Shown here piece after piece: positions 13,701 through 26,096 of a stretch of 64,000 bases of DNA. The notes below the pieces were generated by a model that saw only the letters and a list, made by a program, of their open reading frames with translations, ran no database searches and had not been told where the DNA came from. Location of the stretch: the NCBI RefSeq assembly GCF_947568905.1, contig NC_079166.1:70308001-70372000 (forward strand), read 5' to 3'. The position numbers were made by a program, and so were the translations under genes. The first letter of the stretch is position 1, and each line of letters opens with the position of its first letter. This stretch comes from Ostrea edulis. Lineage: Eukaryota.

Positions 13701-14385
13701 AAAAACATCAAAGCAAAATCACTGAAAATGTAAATAAATGTTATTATCATATATTGACTTCATATATCAACATCTCCGGTGGAGGATCTAGAATTAATTG
13801 GTTGGGTAGCGGGGATTGCAACATTTATTATCGTTTCATTTTTGGAGCTTCGTCTCCATTTCTGAGTGGGAAAACTAAGATTTTTCCTAATATCAACATG
13901 CAAAACTTTGATTCCCTCTTGTGGCCCCACCCTAACCCCAGGGCCCATGACTTGAAACAAAATAAGGTTTCAGCCCCTTTAACAGTGTTTATTTGGATTT
14001 CCTCTCCGTCACCCAGAATCATCAAGGGAACAACCTATCATTTTTTCTGTTTTGTTTAACTATCGGGTCACAAGTACATACAATGATTGCGCAAATATCT
14101 GTACATTGACGAGTATAAGGAAAAGCAGACCAAAGTGCTTTGATATTTCGCACCCAAATCCCCAGTCGCACAATTTTATCTACTGGTGCTATCAAAGAAT
14201 GTCTTTGGGTATACTTAATAAACCAGACTATAGCTGAATGGGAAATGAAATACTTATCTCTAATCACAAACTTTCAAATTCCGGACCACCAAGCACAATT
14301 TTGATCACATGAGCATCATTCTGCATGTGCATGTAAATAGACGAGAGTGAATGCATAGCGATCGCGTGTTTCCATTAATAAACGA

Positions 14386-14630
14386 TCTTTTCTTTTAAAT
14401 TGATTAAGAGTTTATCTGTTAATTTGTTGTTAAAATTTAAGTAAAGGTGCACCATATCATATAAAACGAAAAGCACAGCAGAGAGAGGAGTCCTGTCACT
14501 AATTATAGTTTAGAAACGGTCTTTTCTTTTAAATTAAGAGCTTATCTTTATCTGTAAAATTTTTAAAATTGAAGTAAGGGTACACTATATATCCACGGCA
14601 GAGAGGAGTCCTATCACTAATTATAAGTTT
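14386..14630. repeat. Diverged ~130-bp tandem duplication
   Basis: Two units, each beginning CTTTTCTTTTAAATT and ending GAGAGGAGTCCT(G/A)TCACTAATTATA. Confidence 0.7.
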
Positions 14631-15349
14631 ATCCCTGGCGCTGACATCAATTAAGATTTTGAAGGACTCGTTAACTAGAAGTCGACAGAGTGAATGGAAA
14701 CTACAGGAGATGGAGGCGGTTTATCTTCCATCGGGGGTCAGACGTCTTCAATACAACAGCGAGGGCGACTCTATCATCCCATAGGTTCTAGCTTGCATAT
14801 TCTGTGTATCAGAGACGGGAACAGCTATATTGGATGTATGTACGTAATGTATGTACGTGAAATTGATTAAAATGGAGCCACATGATATTATACGTCTGCA
14901 CGGTGTACCTGCGACTTTGGTTTAATTGGGACAATTGGTTATAAATAGATATATTCAAATGCATATAAATAAAAGTTGCCAAATTGCATGTGGAAGGTCG
15001 AAATTGCTAAAGATGCAAAATTTATTCAATTTGATAAATATCCAAGGTTTTCTTTTGAAAGTAAGAGAATTAATGGATTTAATTATTTCAATAAAGAACA
15101 CGGCGAACTCTGTAAAATTGTCTCCTTGGGGAATAATTATCTTATATCAAATAAAGCCAACATGCTAATTAATTCTGCAGTTAAAATCCCACATTTCCTA
15201 CATTTGCTGTAGAACGAGAAGACAATGAACTGATATGTATTTTGGGAATAAAAAAGTGCAGCGCGTTTTACATCAGTTTGACTTTTATTACTGGAGGAGA
15301 TAAGGATGCTTTTGAAGATTACACGGCAAGTATCTATGCGGCACCATAG
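14629..15349 (+). pseudogene. Possible decayed coding exons, identity unknown
   Basis: 14629-14835 reads 69 codons with one internal TAG (14782) and ends at a GAT/GTATGT donor. 14976-15212 is open for 78 aa and continues after a frameshift to TAG at 15349. No family was recognised. Confidence 0.25.
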
Positions 15350-16097
15350 CATTAAAATACAGATCTTTCAAGGTTTTTATTCTTTATTTTCAGAGGAATC
15401 TATTTTTAAACAACTAATTGCGAAAACGTGTATCATTTTGATCAAAGCAATGCAGAGAAAGATATTAATTTTCCAGCAAACAAGCAAAACACGAAAGAAC
15501 TAAAGCCTTTTCACTTCTGAATAGTGATACATGCACTTACTAATACAAGTATACATGCGTTTGTTGAAGAATATGTACATTTACCAATATTTAGCGACAC
15601 ATAAACCTTTGATGTTTTATTGTCTTTGTTAATCGATAAACACGCAAGTGACCTTCAACTTAAACACAAAAACCTACATCTCATAAAAACAAACGAGTTC
15701 ATTTACAAAATATAAATATAAGCCATAAATGATGTATACGCATCTATTTTATCGGCACCATTAGTAATTTTATTAATAGCCATAAATTTAAAAAGTCATT
15801 AGATTTAACGCATTCTGGATAACGTACATTTGTCTTATTAACTACACTTACACATGCAATTGGATTTCCTCACGACCTTGTAATTAATGCATACAGTATT
15901 ATATATTCATATATTAGTATCTATCTATCTATCTATATATAGCCCGGGCTGGGGCAAAAATTTTCAGTACCTAGTTGTGATTATTTAGTGCGTATATATA
16001 TATATGTTATTGAGTGATTGTAAAATATAAACACACACACACACACACACAGATATATGGTCTATCTCGATTCAATATTATTTCAGAATTCACTAAG

Positions 16098-18075
16098 ACA
16101 AGAGGCCCATGGGCCTTAAAGGTCACCTGGGCATGCACATTTTTTGGTCTTTAGAAATCATTGTGTTATCTGTGTGCTATTTATATTTCTCCATATTCAT
16201 ATTTTGTGTAAGATGGTAGATATATTGGAATAATTATCATACACATTTGATAATTTGGAATTCTTCCATACACTGTAAAGGAGAGTTTTATTACATCACA
16301 ACAAAATGCCATTTCTTTTTTAATTTGAGTTCTAAAAGGGCAAATAAATGTTTTGCAGTTTTCATTCCTCATTATAGGTAATCATGCAAACAGTTTGACT
16401 GCTTGATGTCCAAGGGTAATCTTTTTTCTACAGAGTGTAAAATATGTTGCATTTCTAACGTATGACCATATAATCCCCATCCTTGGACCGGAACCCATGC
16501 CAGAGGTATAATGAATTTCACACTGCTCAGTATAATTATACACTTTCTGTGCTCGATGTCCAGCAGTAAGGATGATTTGCATTTTCAATATATAATGTAT
16601 ATGAACAATATCTCGCCCCAACCAGGCATCTGAACCCTGGGGTCACGAATTTCACGATTCTGGTAGAGAGCTCAATGCTCATTACAGCCATGCAAATATT
16701 TTGACTCCTTGATGCTCAGACGTAAAGAAGAATTCTTTGGGAGATCTAAATAAATTCATTTTCAAAATATGACTAACTTAGCCCCACCCTGGAGCATGAA
16801 CCCTGAATCCAGGGATCGTGAATTTCAGTTTTAGAATAGGACTCATTGCAGCAGTTCGACTGCTTAATGTCCAAGAGAAAATATTTTCTTAGATAGAATG
16901 CATTTTCAATACATGACCAACTTAGTCCCACCCTATGACCTGAATCCATTGGTAATCAATTTCACAATTTTGGTAAAAGGTTCAATGCTCATTCTAATCA
17001 TGTCAACAGTTTGACTGCTTGATTTCCAGAGGTAAAGAGCATTTTCTTTGATGTGATGCTTTTCCAATACGTGACCAACTGCAGTCCTGCCCTAGGACCT
17101 GAACCTTGAACTCAGGGATAATGGAGTCCATTTTGGTTGGGAAATCAATGCTCATCATAACCCAGGAAACATCTCGCCTCATCAATGTCCAGAAGTAAAG
17201 AAGAAGGTTCTCTATGATATAGTGCATATCAATGTATGACTAAATTGCCCCTACCCAGAGACATGAACCCTAAACCCAGGGGTCATAAATTTCACAGTTC
17301 GAAACTTGCTCACACCGGTAAGAGAGAAAGTTTCTCAGTTCAGTTTACTTTCGGAAGGTCGGTGGTCTCTTCCCAGGTACATTGTATCTGGGTTCTCCCT
17401 TCCACCACTAAAAACTGTGCGCCACCATATAACTGAAAATTTGTTGATTGTGGTGGAAAACAATCAATCAATTTTTACGATAATGCCAACAATTTGGCTG
17501 TTTGATGTCCAGAAGTGAAAAAGATGTTCTAAGATATATAAAGTATTTTAAATATGTGACCAACTTAGTCCCACCCTAAAGCCTGAACCCTGAGATCATA
17601 GATTTCACAACTTGAGTAGGCGATTCATTGCTCTATAATAATGCAAACAGTTTACGTCCTTGATGTCTAGAAGTTAAGAAGTTTACCTACGATACACATA
17701 TTTGAAGAAGTTTCAATATGTGACAAAGTTAACACCACCCTGTCCCCCTGGTTATTGTACCAAGGGGCCATGAATTTGACAACAGTGTACATAGCGCCCA
17801 TTCATGCAAACAGTTTGACTGCTTGATGTCCAGAAGTAAAGAAGATTTCTGAAGATTGCATTAATTTTGATGGTCTTTAGGCCCCAGAGGGCAGTCACCA
17901 TGAAATCTACAAATGTTGTCCCCCTTCACCCATAGATGCTATATACTGTAACAAATTTAGACAGAATTTGATGTGTCGTTCACGAGAAGAAGCTGGAAGA
18001 GTTCAAAAACTTACGACCGACGCACGACGACGAGCGGACACAGAGATGTAGCCATAGGTCACCTGAGTGACTAAA
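16098..18075 (+). mobile_element. Non-autonomous Helentron/pearl-type element carrying ~170-bp Cg170-like tandem units
   Basis: 5' ACAAGAGGCCCATGGGCC..GGTCACCTG. About 8-9 diverged ~170-bp units (CCCCACCC..GAACCC..GGTCA(T/C)GAATTTCAC..TTGACTGCTTGATGTCCAG). A GACG-rich microsatellite-like tract lies near 18015-18040 and GGTCACCTGAGTGAC at the 3' end. The family label rests on known oyster repeat architecture. Confidence 0.8.
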
Positions 18076-18819
18076 TTGAATAGTACAAATGATTTGTTCG
18101 CAAAGACCTCCGAATCTGACTTAGCTATAGAGTAAAGCAAGGTTGAATGTGACATATGACCTCGACCTTTTCCAGTGCAATTTATAACTTATGGTATAAA
18201 ATATTTTACGTGACCTGACGTAAGGCTTTTCCCCGTCAATTTACCAAGTATAAACTCTCCATCTTGTATTACTCAAGGATACGACATTTACAGGCAAGAT
18301 ATTTCGTTAATAAAAGAAGAAAAAATAGACTCCATACAATATATATACATGTACGAGTTTGAAACGGATAAAGTAGGCCTGCTGTTACGGACAAACCAAT
18401 GCATGTCCAGTTCTCGGGGCATGCTGTTGATGCCTAGGTCAAAATAAATGATGAAAAATTGTGCATGTAAACGAAAAGAGTTAGTGTGTTTTAATTCTAT
18501 TTTTATACAATCAGGTAAATGAATACTGACATATCAGATCTTGAAATGAACCATCGGTAGGTGTTCTCAAACGAATACAGGCCATCTAGATAAAATGCAT
18601 GTAGGTGAATCCATCATTGTCAATAATGAACAATAAACAAAACCACGGGAGATCACCATGATGGATTGCTTTGGACAGATTCTTCTCTTTATTTACCAAA
18701 ACTATGTATATCACCCAGTTATGTCAGGTTTGGGGGTTAAATCATCGGTCAGGGTTTTTTTAAATATGGATTTGTATGTTCTAGTGTCAATGTAAGAAAA
18801 CTTTTACCAACCCTAGATC

Positions 18820-19196
18820 CAGTGGCGTATCTTCCATTGAGGCAACCGAGGCAGCTGCCTCGGTAAAAAAAAACAACAACACCTTTTACGTTGTTAAAAT
18901 GCCGATAGCTTCTGGGGGCTGCGCCCCACAGACCCATTCGAACCCAAGCTACGCCTATGAGATCACTTCCTAAATGTCGTCCTATCACACAACAAGAAGA
19001 TTCCGCGATTTACACGATCATAAGCGTAGCTTTGGTTCGAATATTACCGAGGCAGGCGGTCTGGGGAGCGCAGACCCCGAGAAGCTATCGACATTTTAAC
19101 AACGTAAAAGGTGGGGGTTTTGGGGTTGTTTTTTTTTTTGTTTTTTTTTTTACCGAGGCAGCTGCCTCGGTTGCCTCAATGGAAGCTACGCCACTG
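18820..19196. mobile_element. Near-palindromic MITE, CAGTGGCGTA termini
   Basis: The outer ~55 bp are inverted with 1 mismatch. Further inverted blocks (CCTTTTACGTTGTTAAAATG; TTCGAACC(C/A)AAGCTACGC) occur inward. No TSD is discernible. Confidence 0.85.
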
Positions 19197-20036
19197 CACG
19201 ATTGTGGCGGGATCGTGGAAATATACTGCTTCCATTGTGAAGGCAAATTTTACAACAACACGACGTTCCTACCGTATTTTTTTCGACGTTTCCGCGTCCA
19301 CGAAACGTTCTTCTACGACTGCATCACTCCCTGTACGTAAGCAATACGTTCCCGACGTGATATTTCAAGATCACGCTCCGAGTATGCGTTATTACTTGAC
19401 GTCTAGAACGTCACGGTACAGATACGCTAGTCTAGTACCCGAGTGCACCTCAGGTACCAGGCTACAAATACGCGTGCAGATTTATATCATAATACGCTAA
19501 GACTACTACCACAGATATAACGCATGCGCCACGTTATTTCCACGACTTTTGCCTCATTCGGAACCCTTTGAATGTTGAGTGCGCGAAACATTCGAGGGGT
19601 TCCGATTACTTTTGCCAAGAAGCAGTATTCACAGTCGCGTTGACAACGTTGAATGGTCGTGGAATTCGAATCGTGAGAGCGTACCACAGATCTCGTGATC
19701 ACAACAAGAGAGCCGACGGGAAGAAGCTCCACTAAGCAAGCATAGTTGGAGTTCATTCGTCTCAGTGCAAGTATGAAAGGATCGTAGCTCCAGCGTGATC
19801 GAAGCCAGTGTAGTCAGTGGTTTAAACATACATAATATGTACTATTGACGATCAGGCTACGCGGGCCCTACGTCTTTGCTATGAAACACAGGTTGTCGCT
19901 GCACTTCTTCAACGCCCCTCATGTTATGTCGCTATAATCATCAAATTAAAGCACATCTTCACGACGCTGTGAAAACCGTTCAAGATGAAGCTAATTTACT
20001 AGATAATAACAGTTTCCGTCCAGTGTGAATGGGGTC
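19197..20036. repeat. CpG-rich interspersed element, probably a truncated non-autonomous DNA transposon
   Basis: Abruptly CpG-rich (many ACGA/TCGT) relative to the flanks. It ends CCAGTGTGAATGGGGTC followed by TAA (Harbinger-like end); no matching left end was found. Confidence 0.4.
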
Positions 20037-20151
20037 TAAGACATACTGACTTGGATTCTTCCACATTTCCAACCCTCTTCGACTTTCAGAAAACATTGAT
20101 CCCATACTTTGACAACCTTATCAGAAAACGCACTATTTGTAAGCATTTTAA

Positions 20152-20847
20152 AGGGACTGGTTCACGATTTTCACAAAAACTTTGTTTTTCACTCTTAATA
20201 ATCAAACTCGATTAATGTATTTAAAAGGTTTCACAAAATCTTATTATATAATACAGCATAACATAAATTTATTATGGAGAGTTTGCCATTTGTTATGTAA
20301 ACAAAGATTGAGGTATGTTATTGTATACAAAGTTCTGAAGATGTATGGTTATCGATCTAAGTTTATCCATGTATTATATATCACATTTCAAGTATCCTTT
20401 AGGTAAAACGTGTCATTCAAAAGTTTAGATTTGTGACAGCGCAAAATTTGGATGCTTTAATTCACAAACTTAACATTTTACGACATATGTAAACAAAACA
20501 AAAAGAAAAAAGAAAGAAAGAAAAAAAGAATAGCTCGAGTTTTCTTTACATAACACAAAGTTAAAACTTCAGGCATTTGTTTCTGTAAATAAGTTATGAC
20601 CTCTGTATAATAATAATACAGAGGTCATAACTTATTTACAGAAAAAAAAGGGCCTGTGGTTAAGACGAAAATATATTGTTCTTTCCCTTGCATTAAGAAA
20701 GGTCAAATGCTTGGTTGTCAACATTAAATGAGTTAAAATTTTAATTTTCAACATTAAAACATTTTTGTCAAATCTTTTTTTTTTAAACGTGGTTTGGGTA
20801 AACTTGCCAAAGTGTGTCACTTTTGAATCCATGTGATCCAAATAACT
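20152..20847. mobile_element. TTAA-flanked composite of two Kolobok-like MITE halves
   Basis: TTAA at 20148-20151 and 20848-20851. The left end AGGGACTGGTTCACG does not match the right end. The left half resembles the element at 43313-43825. A perfect hairpin lies at 20580-20644. Confidence 0.5.
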
Positions 20848-20849
20848 TT

Positions 20850-20995
20850 AAATATATGAGAGGCAAATAACTGTAAATATATCAGAGGCAAATAAACGAA
20901 AATTTATCAGAGGCAAATAACTGAAAAATTATCAGAGGCAAATATCTGTAAATATATGAGAGGCAAATAACTGTAAATATATCGGAGGCAAATCA
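20850..20995. repeat. 25-bp minisatellite, ~6 copies
   Basis: Unit AAATATAT(G/C)AGAGGCAAATAACTGT. Confidence 0.9.
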
Positions 20996-21348
20996 TTTAA
21001 AATAAGCATTAGACAGGATAGCTTTAACTAAATACTGTAAGCTTTATTTTTAAGTCGGCATATGGATAGCTCTTCTGAGAATTCTGCCGACATACAAAAA
21101 AACAAAAAACAAAAACATGCAGCACAAAATATACAGCACTGATATACACCTAGCAACCATACATTAAAACAATTACTCAGAACGACAAGGAGACAGGGCA
21201 GCACATAAAAAATATAATAAAACCAACACAGAAAGTCAACATGATTCTTCATTAAAATAAAACTGAATCCCCTTCACCCAAGGATAATCAGTAGCAAGTC
21301 GACTGAAAATAGCTCAGTGGTTTGACAGCTATAGATAAAGAAATGTGA

Positions 21349-22880
21349 GAAGAGGTCCACGGGCCACAACACTCACCTGAATCAGCATGCTCCTGCTGTT
21401 CTTCATCAGAAGATATATTTTTAACCTCTTTAATCCCATGGCAAATTTAAACCTTATAGCATGACCCCTTTGAGTTTATCATTTTACCGAACTTGGCTTG
21501 ACACAACATGGGCATGCTTCAATATCAATATGACTAACATGAAATTGTTGTTCTGGAGATGATTTTGAAAAGAGACCCCCCTATATTTATGCTAAATTTT
21601 ATTCACTATTTTAACCCCAGGGTCCATAAAAACAATTGATTTCACACAACTTGAGAATAACTGCATATTGTCATGATTTAGTGTGGCCCTGCTACTCATG
21701 ATTTTTTTCTTCAAATTTCTTATTCTAATGTAAAATGGTGAATCCCAATTGAAGCCAAACTCAAGTCAAACATGAATATGCACTACAATAGAAAGCTTAC
21801 ATATTCAAAATATTACTGTCATGGCCAGTGGTTTTTTATAAGAAAATTTTCAAAAAATATACATATTCCCATTTTTATCCCCTATCTTAAACACCCCCTC
21901 CACCATGATTGGAAGAAACTGGAGTACATGGTGATGTTTGCATATTAATGACATATCCTGGACCTGCTAGTCAGGAGAAGATTTTTACATATTTCCTAAC
22001 ATAATGTGGACATATCCTTTTCTCACAAGGGTTATGGTCTTTGAGAATACTTTCCCCCAAATATTACCAATTAAACCTTGATCTCCTATAGTGGCCCAAT
22101 CCTACACTCCTGGATCATGATTTGAACAAACTTGAATCTGCACTACCTGAGGATACTTGCATATTAATATCTTTTGCTCTAGAGAAAATGATTTTTTTAA
22201 AAAAATATTTCCTAGATATCCTTATGAATACTTTGCTTTTCTATTCTGCCCCCCCCCCCTACCCCCAGGGACCATGATTTGAACAAACTTGTAGTTCCAT
22301 AACCTGAGGATGCTTGCATATCGATATGACTAATCATGACCCTGCTGTTTTTGAGACAATTTTAAAGATATTTACTATAAATATCCCCATGTAAAAAAAG
22401 TATCCCATATTGTGGCCCCACCTTACCACCAAGGGCCTTGATGTAAAACTTATACCGTACCAATTTTGATGCACCAGATGCGCATTTCGACAAATAATGT
22501 CTCTTCAGTGATGCTCAACCGAAATGTTTGAAATCCGATATAACTATGAAGTTTTAGAGCTAAATATAGCCAAAAACAGCGTGCTAAAAAAGTGGAGCCA
22601 AATTCGTTTAAACAATTTTGAAACCCCTTTTGTCAAGGAAACTTGTCTTTTTAAAAAGATGTTGCTCTATTTTCAGTATCTCTTCATCACCTTCCCTTTA
22701 TACCGTTATTTGTACAATTTTAAATTCCCTTTACCCAAGGATGTTTTATGGTAAATTTCCTTCAAATTAACCTTGAGGTTCTGGAGAAGAAGTAAAAACA
22801 AATGTTAAGTGTACAGATGGACGTCAGAAAAATGTGATCAGAAAAGCTTACTTGAGCTTTCACTCAGGTGAGATAAAAAA
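21349..22880 (+). mobile_element. Helentron/pearl-type element with Cg170-like units and a nested insertion
   Basis: Subterminal inverted repeat CTCACCTGA (21372-21380) / TCAGGTGAG (22864-22872) and a 3' hairpin AAAGCT..AGCTTT. The ~170-bp units are interrupted at about 22449-22690 by an unrelated block starting TATACCGTACCAATTTTGATGCACCAGATGCGC. Confidence 0.8.
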
Positions 22881-23466
22881 GTAGACAAATTCTGACCAGT
22901 TCAGCCGACTTCAAATGGCCTTCACCTCATGTAAACTAAAACAAATGTCATGTTCCATTGATCTTAAAACATCTAGAAAAACCTGTTCCATTTGCTGTAA
23001 ATAAATTGAACATTGTTTTGATAAAACCTTTATCAATTAGAAGCTACATTAGTGGCGAGCCGATTGACAGATACTCTTCAGTTCACTAAATGAAGAGTCA
23101 CGTTTTCATATACATGTATATAAGGTATGATACTGGCATGTTACAGAGTGCTAAGCATTGAGCTAAAATTTACAGATAGAATTAAGCCACATAGACTTGA
23201 TTAGGAGAAATATTAATTATATCTACTTTATCAAAAATTCAAAGCAAAGGGATTACATCAAAGTTCTCTTGAAGCTCAGTTTCAATATAAGATACTGAAT
23301 CCAAGGAAAGGATAGAGGCACGAAATCATCAGATGTAGCAATACTTGAGGGGCCTTGGTAAGGATTACACATTCTGCAAATCTTTTATAACTCAATCTTA
23401 CAACCAATAATAAAGACAGATAAGCCAAAACAATTGGCTTCCAAATCTTTGCAACTCCAGGGCATA

Positions 23467-23545
23467 AAAATACAACATCTGACACAATTACAAAAATACA
23501 ACATCTGACACAATTACAAGAATACAAAACCTGACACAATTACAC
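23467..23545. repeat. 26-bp tandem repeat x3
   Basis: AAAATACAACATCTGACACAATTACA units. Confidence 0.85.
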
Positions 23546-23791
23546 CAAACTCTGTTGGTCATTGAACTTGCATGCTTTATCATGCAGCCTTCAAATACTA
23601 GTACTACCAAGAACTGTCAGATGACAGCAGGGCCTGCTAGGTAAATAAAATAATTATAGGAAATGTAGCTAATGTGTCAGGTTAATGCCTCCTTAGATAA
23701 ATTGATGAGCGTCATGTTATGTGGGGATGAAGTTATACATTTAGATAAGATATGGTGCAAGTCTGTCAAGCTTCAATGCTCACATTCTTGT

Positions 23792-24510
23792 GAAGTATGG
23801 CCAGTATTATGTAAGTAATGGACTTATTATAAAGTATGGCCAGTATTGTGTTAGTAAGAAATGGACTTATTATGAAGTATGGCCAGTATTGTGTTAGTAA
23901 CGAATGGACTTATTATAAAGTATGGCCAGTATTGTGTTAGTAAGAAATGGACTTATTATGAAGTATGGTCAGTATTGTGTTTGTAAGGAATGGACTTATT
24001 ATGAAGTATGGCCAGTATTGTGTTAGTAAGGACTGGACTTATTATGAAGTATGACCAGTATTGTGTTAGTAAGAAATGGACTTATTATGAAGGATGGTCA
24101 ATATTGTGTTAGTAAGAAATGGACTTATTAATTATGAAGTATGGACAGTATTGTGTTAGTAAGGACTGAACTTATTATGAAGTATGGCCAGTATTGTGTT
24201 TGTAAGGACTGGACTTATTATGAAGTATGGCCAGTATTGTGTTTGTAAGGAATGGACTTATTATGAAGTATGGCCAGTATTGTGTTAGTAAGAAATGGAC
24301 TTATTATGAAGTATGGTCAATATTGTGTTAGTAAGGAATGAACTTATTATGAAGTATGGCCAGTATTGTGTTAGTAAGAAATGGACTTATTATGAAGTAT
24401 GGCCAGTATTGTGTTAGTAAGGAATGGACTTATTATGAAGTATGGCCAGTATTGTGTTTGTAAGAAATGGACTTGTGAAGTATGGCCAGTATTATTTAGT
24501 AAGGAATGGA
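23792..24510. repeat. 43-bp minisatellite, ~16-17 copies
   Basis: Unit GAAGTATGGCCAGTATTGTGTTAGTAAG(A/G)AATGGACTTATTAT, head-to-tail with no unique spacers. Confidence 0.95.
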
Positions 24511-24843
24511 CCTGCTGCAACACCTTTAACCTGGTCAATCTTCTTGAAAATGTAGGTCAGATGCACGTCTAAATTGCGATACATCATACATGCACAGCTT
24601 TGCGCCATATAGAGGGGTATGACAACAGCTCTTTGGGCAATTATGTAGGCAAGCTTAATATATTCATAATCACGAAGATTTGTAAATTCTATTTTCCAGA
24701 TTATTTTAACAAGTTTGAATAAGGAATGAAAGAGATCAGGATATAAGGACATTTTGGAGTTTCATGTATATATGAAAAGCATATCACATATCAACAGTTT
24801 TAATCTGTAGGATCTACTTGATAGTCATGTTTAGATTAGATTA

Positions 24844-26096
24844 GGGCTATTCCAGCAAAAAAAAATATGGGGGGGGGGAGGCACTTTATTTTTAAGACAG
24901 CCACCCATACAATTAAATTTTCCTCTGATACCACCACCCATACAAATAGATTTTCCCCAGCCACCACCACCCATACAAATAGAATTAGGAATTCAATACT
25001 GAAATCACCTTGTATATCAAGATTTTCCTTTAAAGGTAGAGTTCAATTTCAACAAGTTCATATTGGTCTTAATCCTATGTGCATGCAACTATTTTTTAGA
25101 AGTCAGAATTTGTGGTGATTTATAAGAACAAATTACCCGAATTTATTTTGACTACATTAGTGTGAATAAGTATTCTAACATTGATATTGTAATTTGTGAT
25201 CCATTCTCTAGCCAAACTCCAACTGTAATGTCATCTAAAGCATTTGATTTTAATAGTTAACAGAAGGTTCGCTCATACCAAAATTATTAGTACCGTAGTG
25301 GCCTAATGTTTAGCATTTGGTCTTTTAGCAGTGTTGTAGGTTCGAACCTTGCCCTTGAGATAGGCCTATGTGTTAAAACAGGTTATACATGTTGGTGTTT
25401 CAGACACGTGTGGCACATCACGTTGTGAGAAAATTTGGGCATTTTAAATTTTTTTTTTACATGAACGTGTATATCATTATTATCTTGAAAGACCTAACAA
25501 TAATTGCCTAAGCTATTGGCTGATAAAAATGTGGAAACACGTTTCAGTGGGCTTATGGCTGCAACTTCTTTGTTAACTCGTACATATATTTTCTTCTCAT
25601 TCCCTTCCGAGTTCACTAAAAATATCCCTTAATAGATCACATCTGGAGATGGTGTTACTTCTAATCATGTCACTCCCAACAGAAAACATTTTGTTTTCAT
25701 TTATTCATTTATTATTGTTGTCATTTCTACCCAAACTGAAACATTTACTTTGAATAGAGTTATCTGCCATTTTATCAATCTTTTTTTCGTACATAATGTA
25801 GGATGGCTCCGCTTTTCTTCCTCTTCTTTTATGATAAAAGAAATTTCGAAACATGATACAGACTCTGTAATGTCTTCATTTTTATCATAATTCACTAGCA
25901 CCCATATTTTCTTTAACCTAGAAGACAACCACCCATACAAATACATTTTCCCCAACTCACCACTACCCATACAAATATATTTTCCCCAACTCACCACTAC
26001 CCATGCAAATATATTTTCCCAAATCACCCCCACCCATCCAAAAAAATATCAACTGCGTCCCCCCCCCCCCCCATACTTTTTTTGCTGGAATAGCCC
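24844..26096. mobile_element. PIF/Harbinger-like non-autonomous element, 1253 bp
   Basis: TIR GGGCTATTCCAGCAAAAAAA at both ends. TTA duplication at 24841-24843 and 26097-26099; a 3-bp TWA TSD is characteristic of PIF/Harbinger. Subterminal CACCCATACAAAT repeats are present. Confidence 0.85.
25292..25420 (+). mobile_element. tRNA-derived SINE head (Pol III A/B boxes), truncated
   Basis: A-box-like TGGCCTAATGT at 25299 and B-box GTTCGAACC at 25340. It is followed by TTAAAACAGGT, resembling the SINE at 34200-34680. No cloverleaf closure is evident. Confidence 0.6.

Noticed and set aside
18749-19829. Cluster of 66-129 aa ORFs
   Set aside because: They lie in GC-rich repeat elements where stops are scarce; no transposase motifs were found.
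20040-20135. SAFSDKVVKVWD, WD40-like on the minus strand
   Set aside because: An isolated ~30 codons between transposons that could equally be a LINE fragment or chance.
23792-24510. Regular short repeats suggesting a CRISPR array
   Set aside because: The units are contiguous with no unique spacers, no cas genes are present, and the context is eukaryotic.
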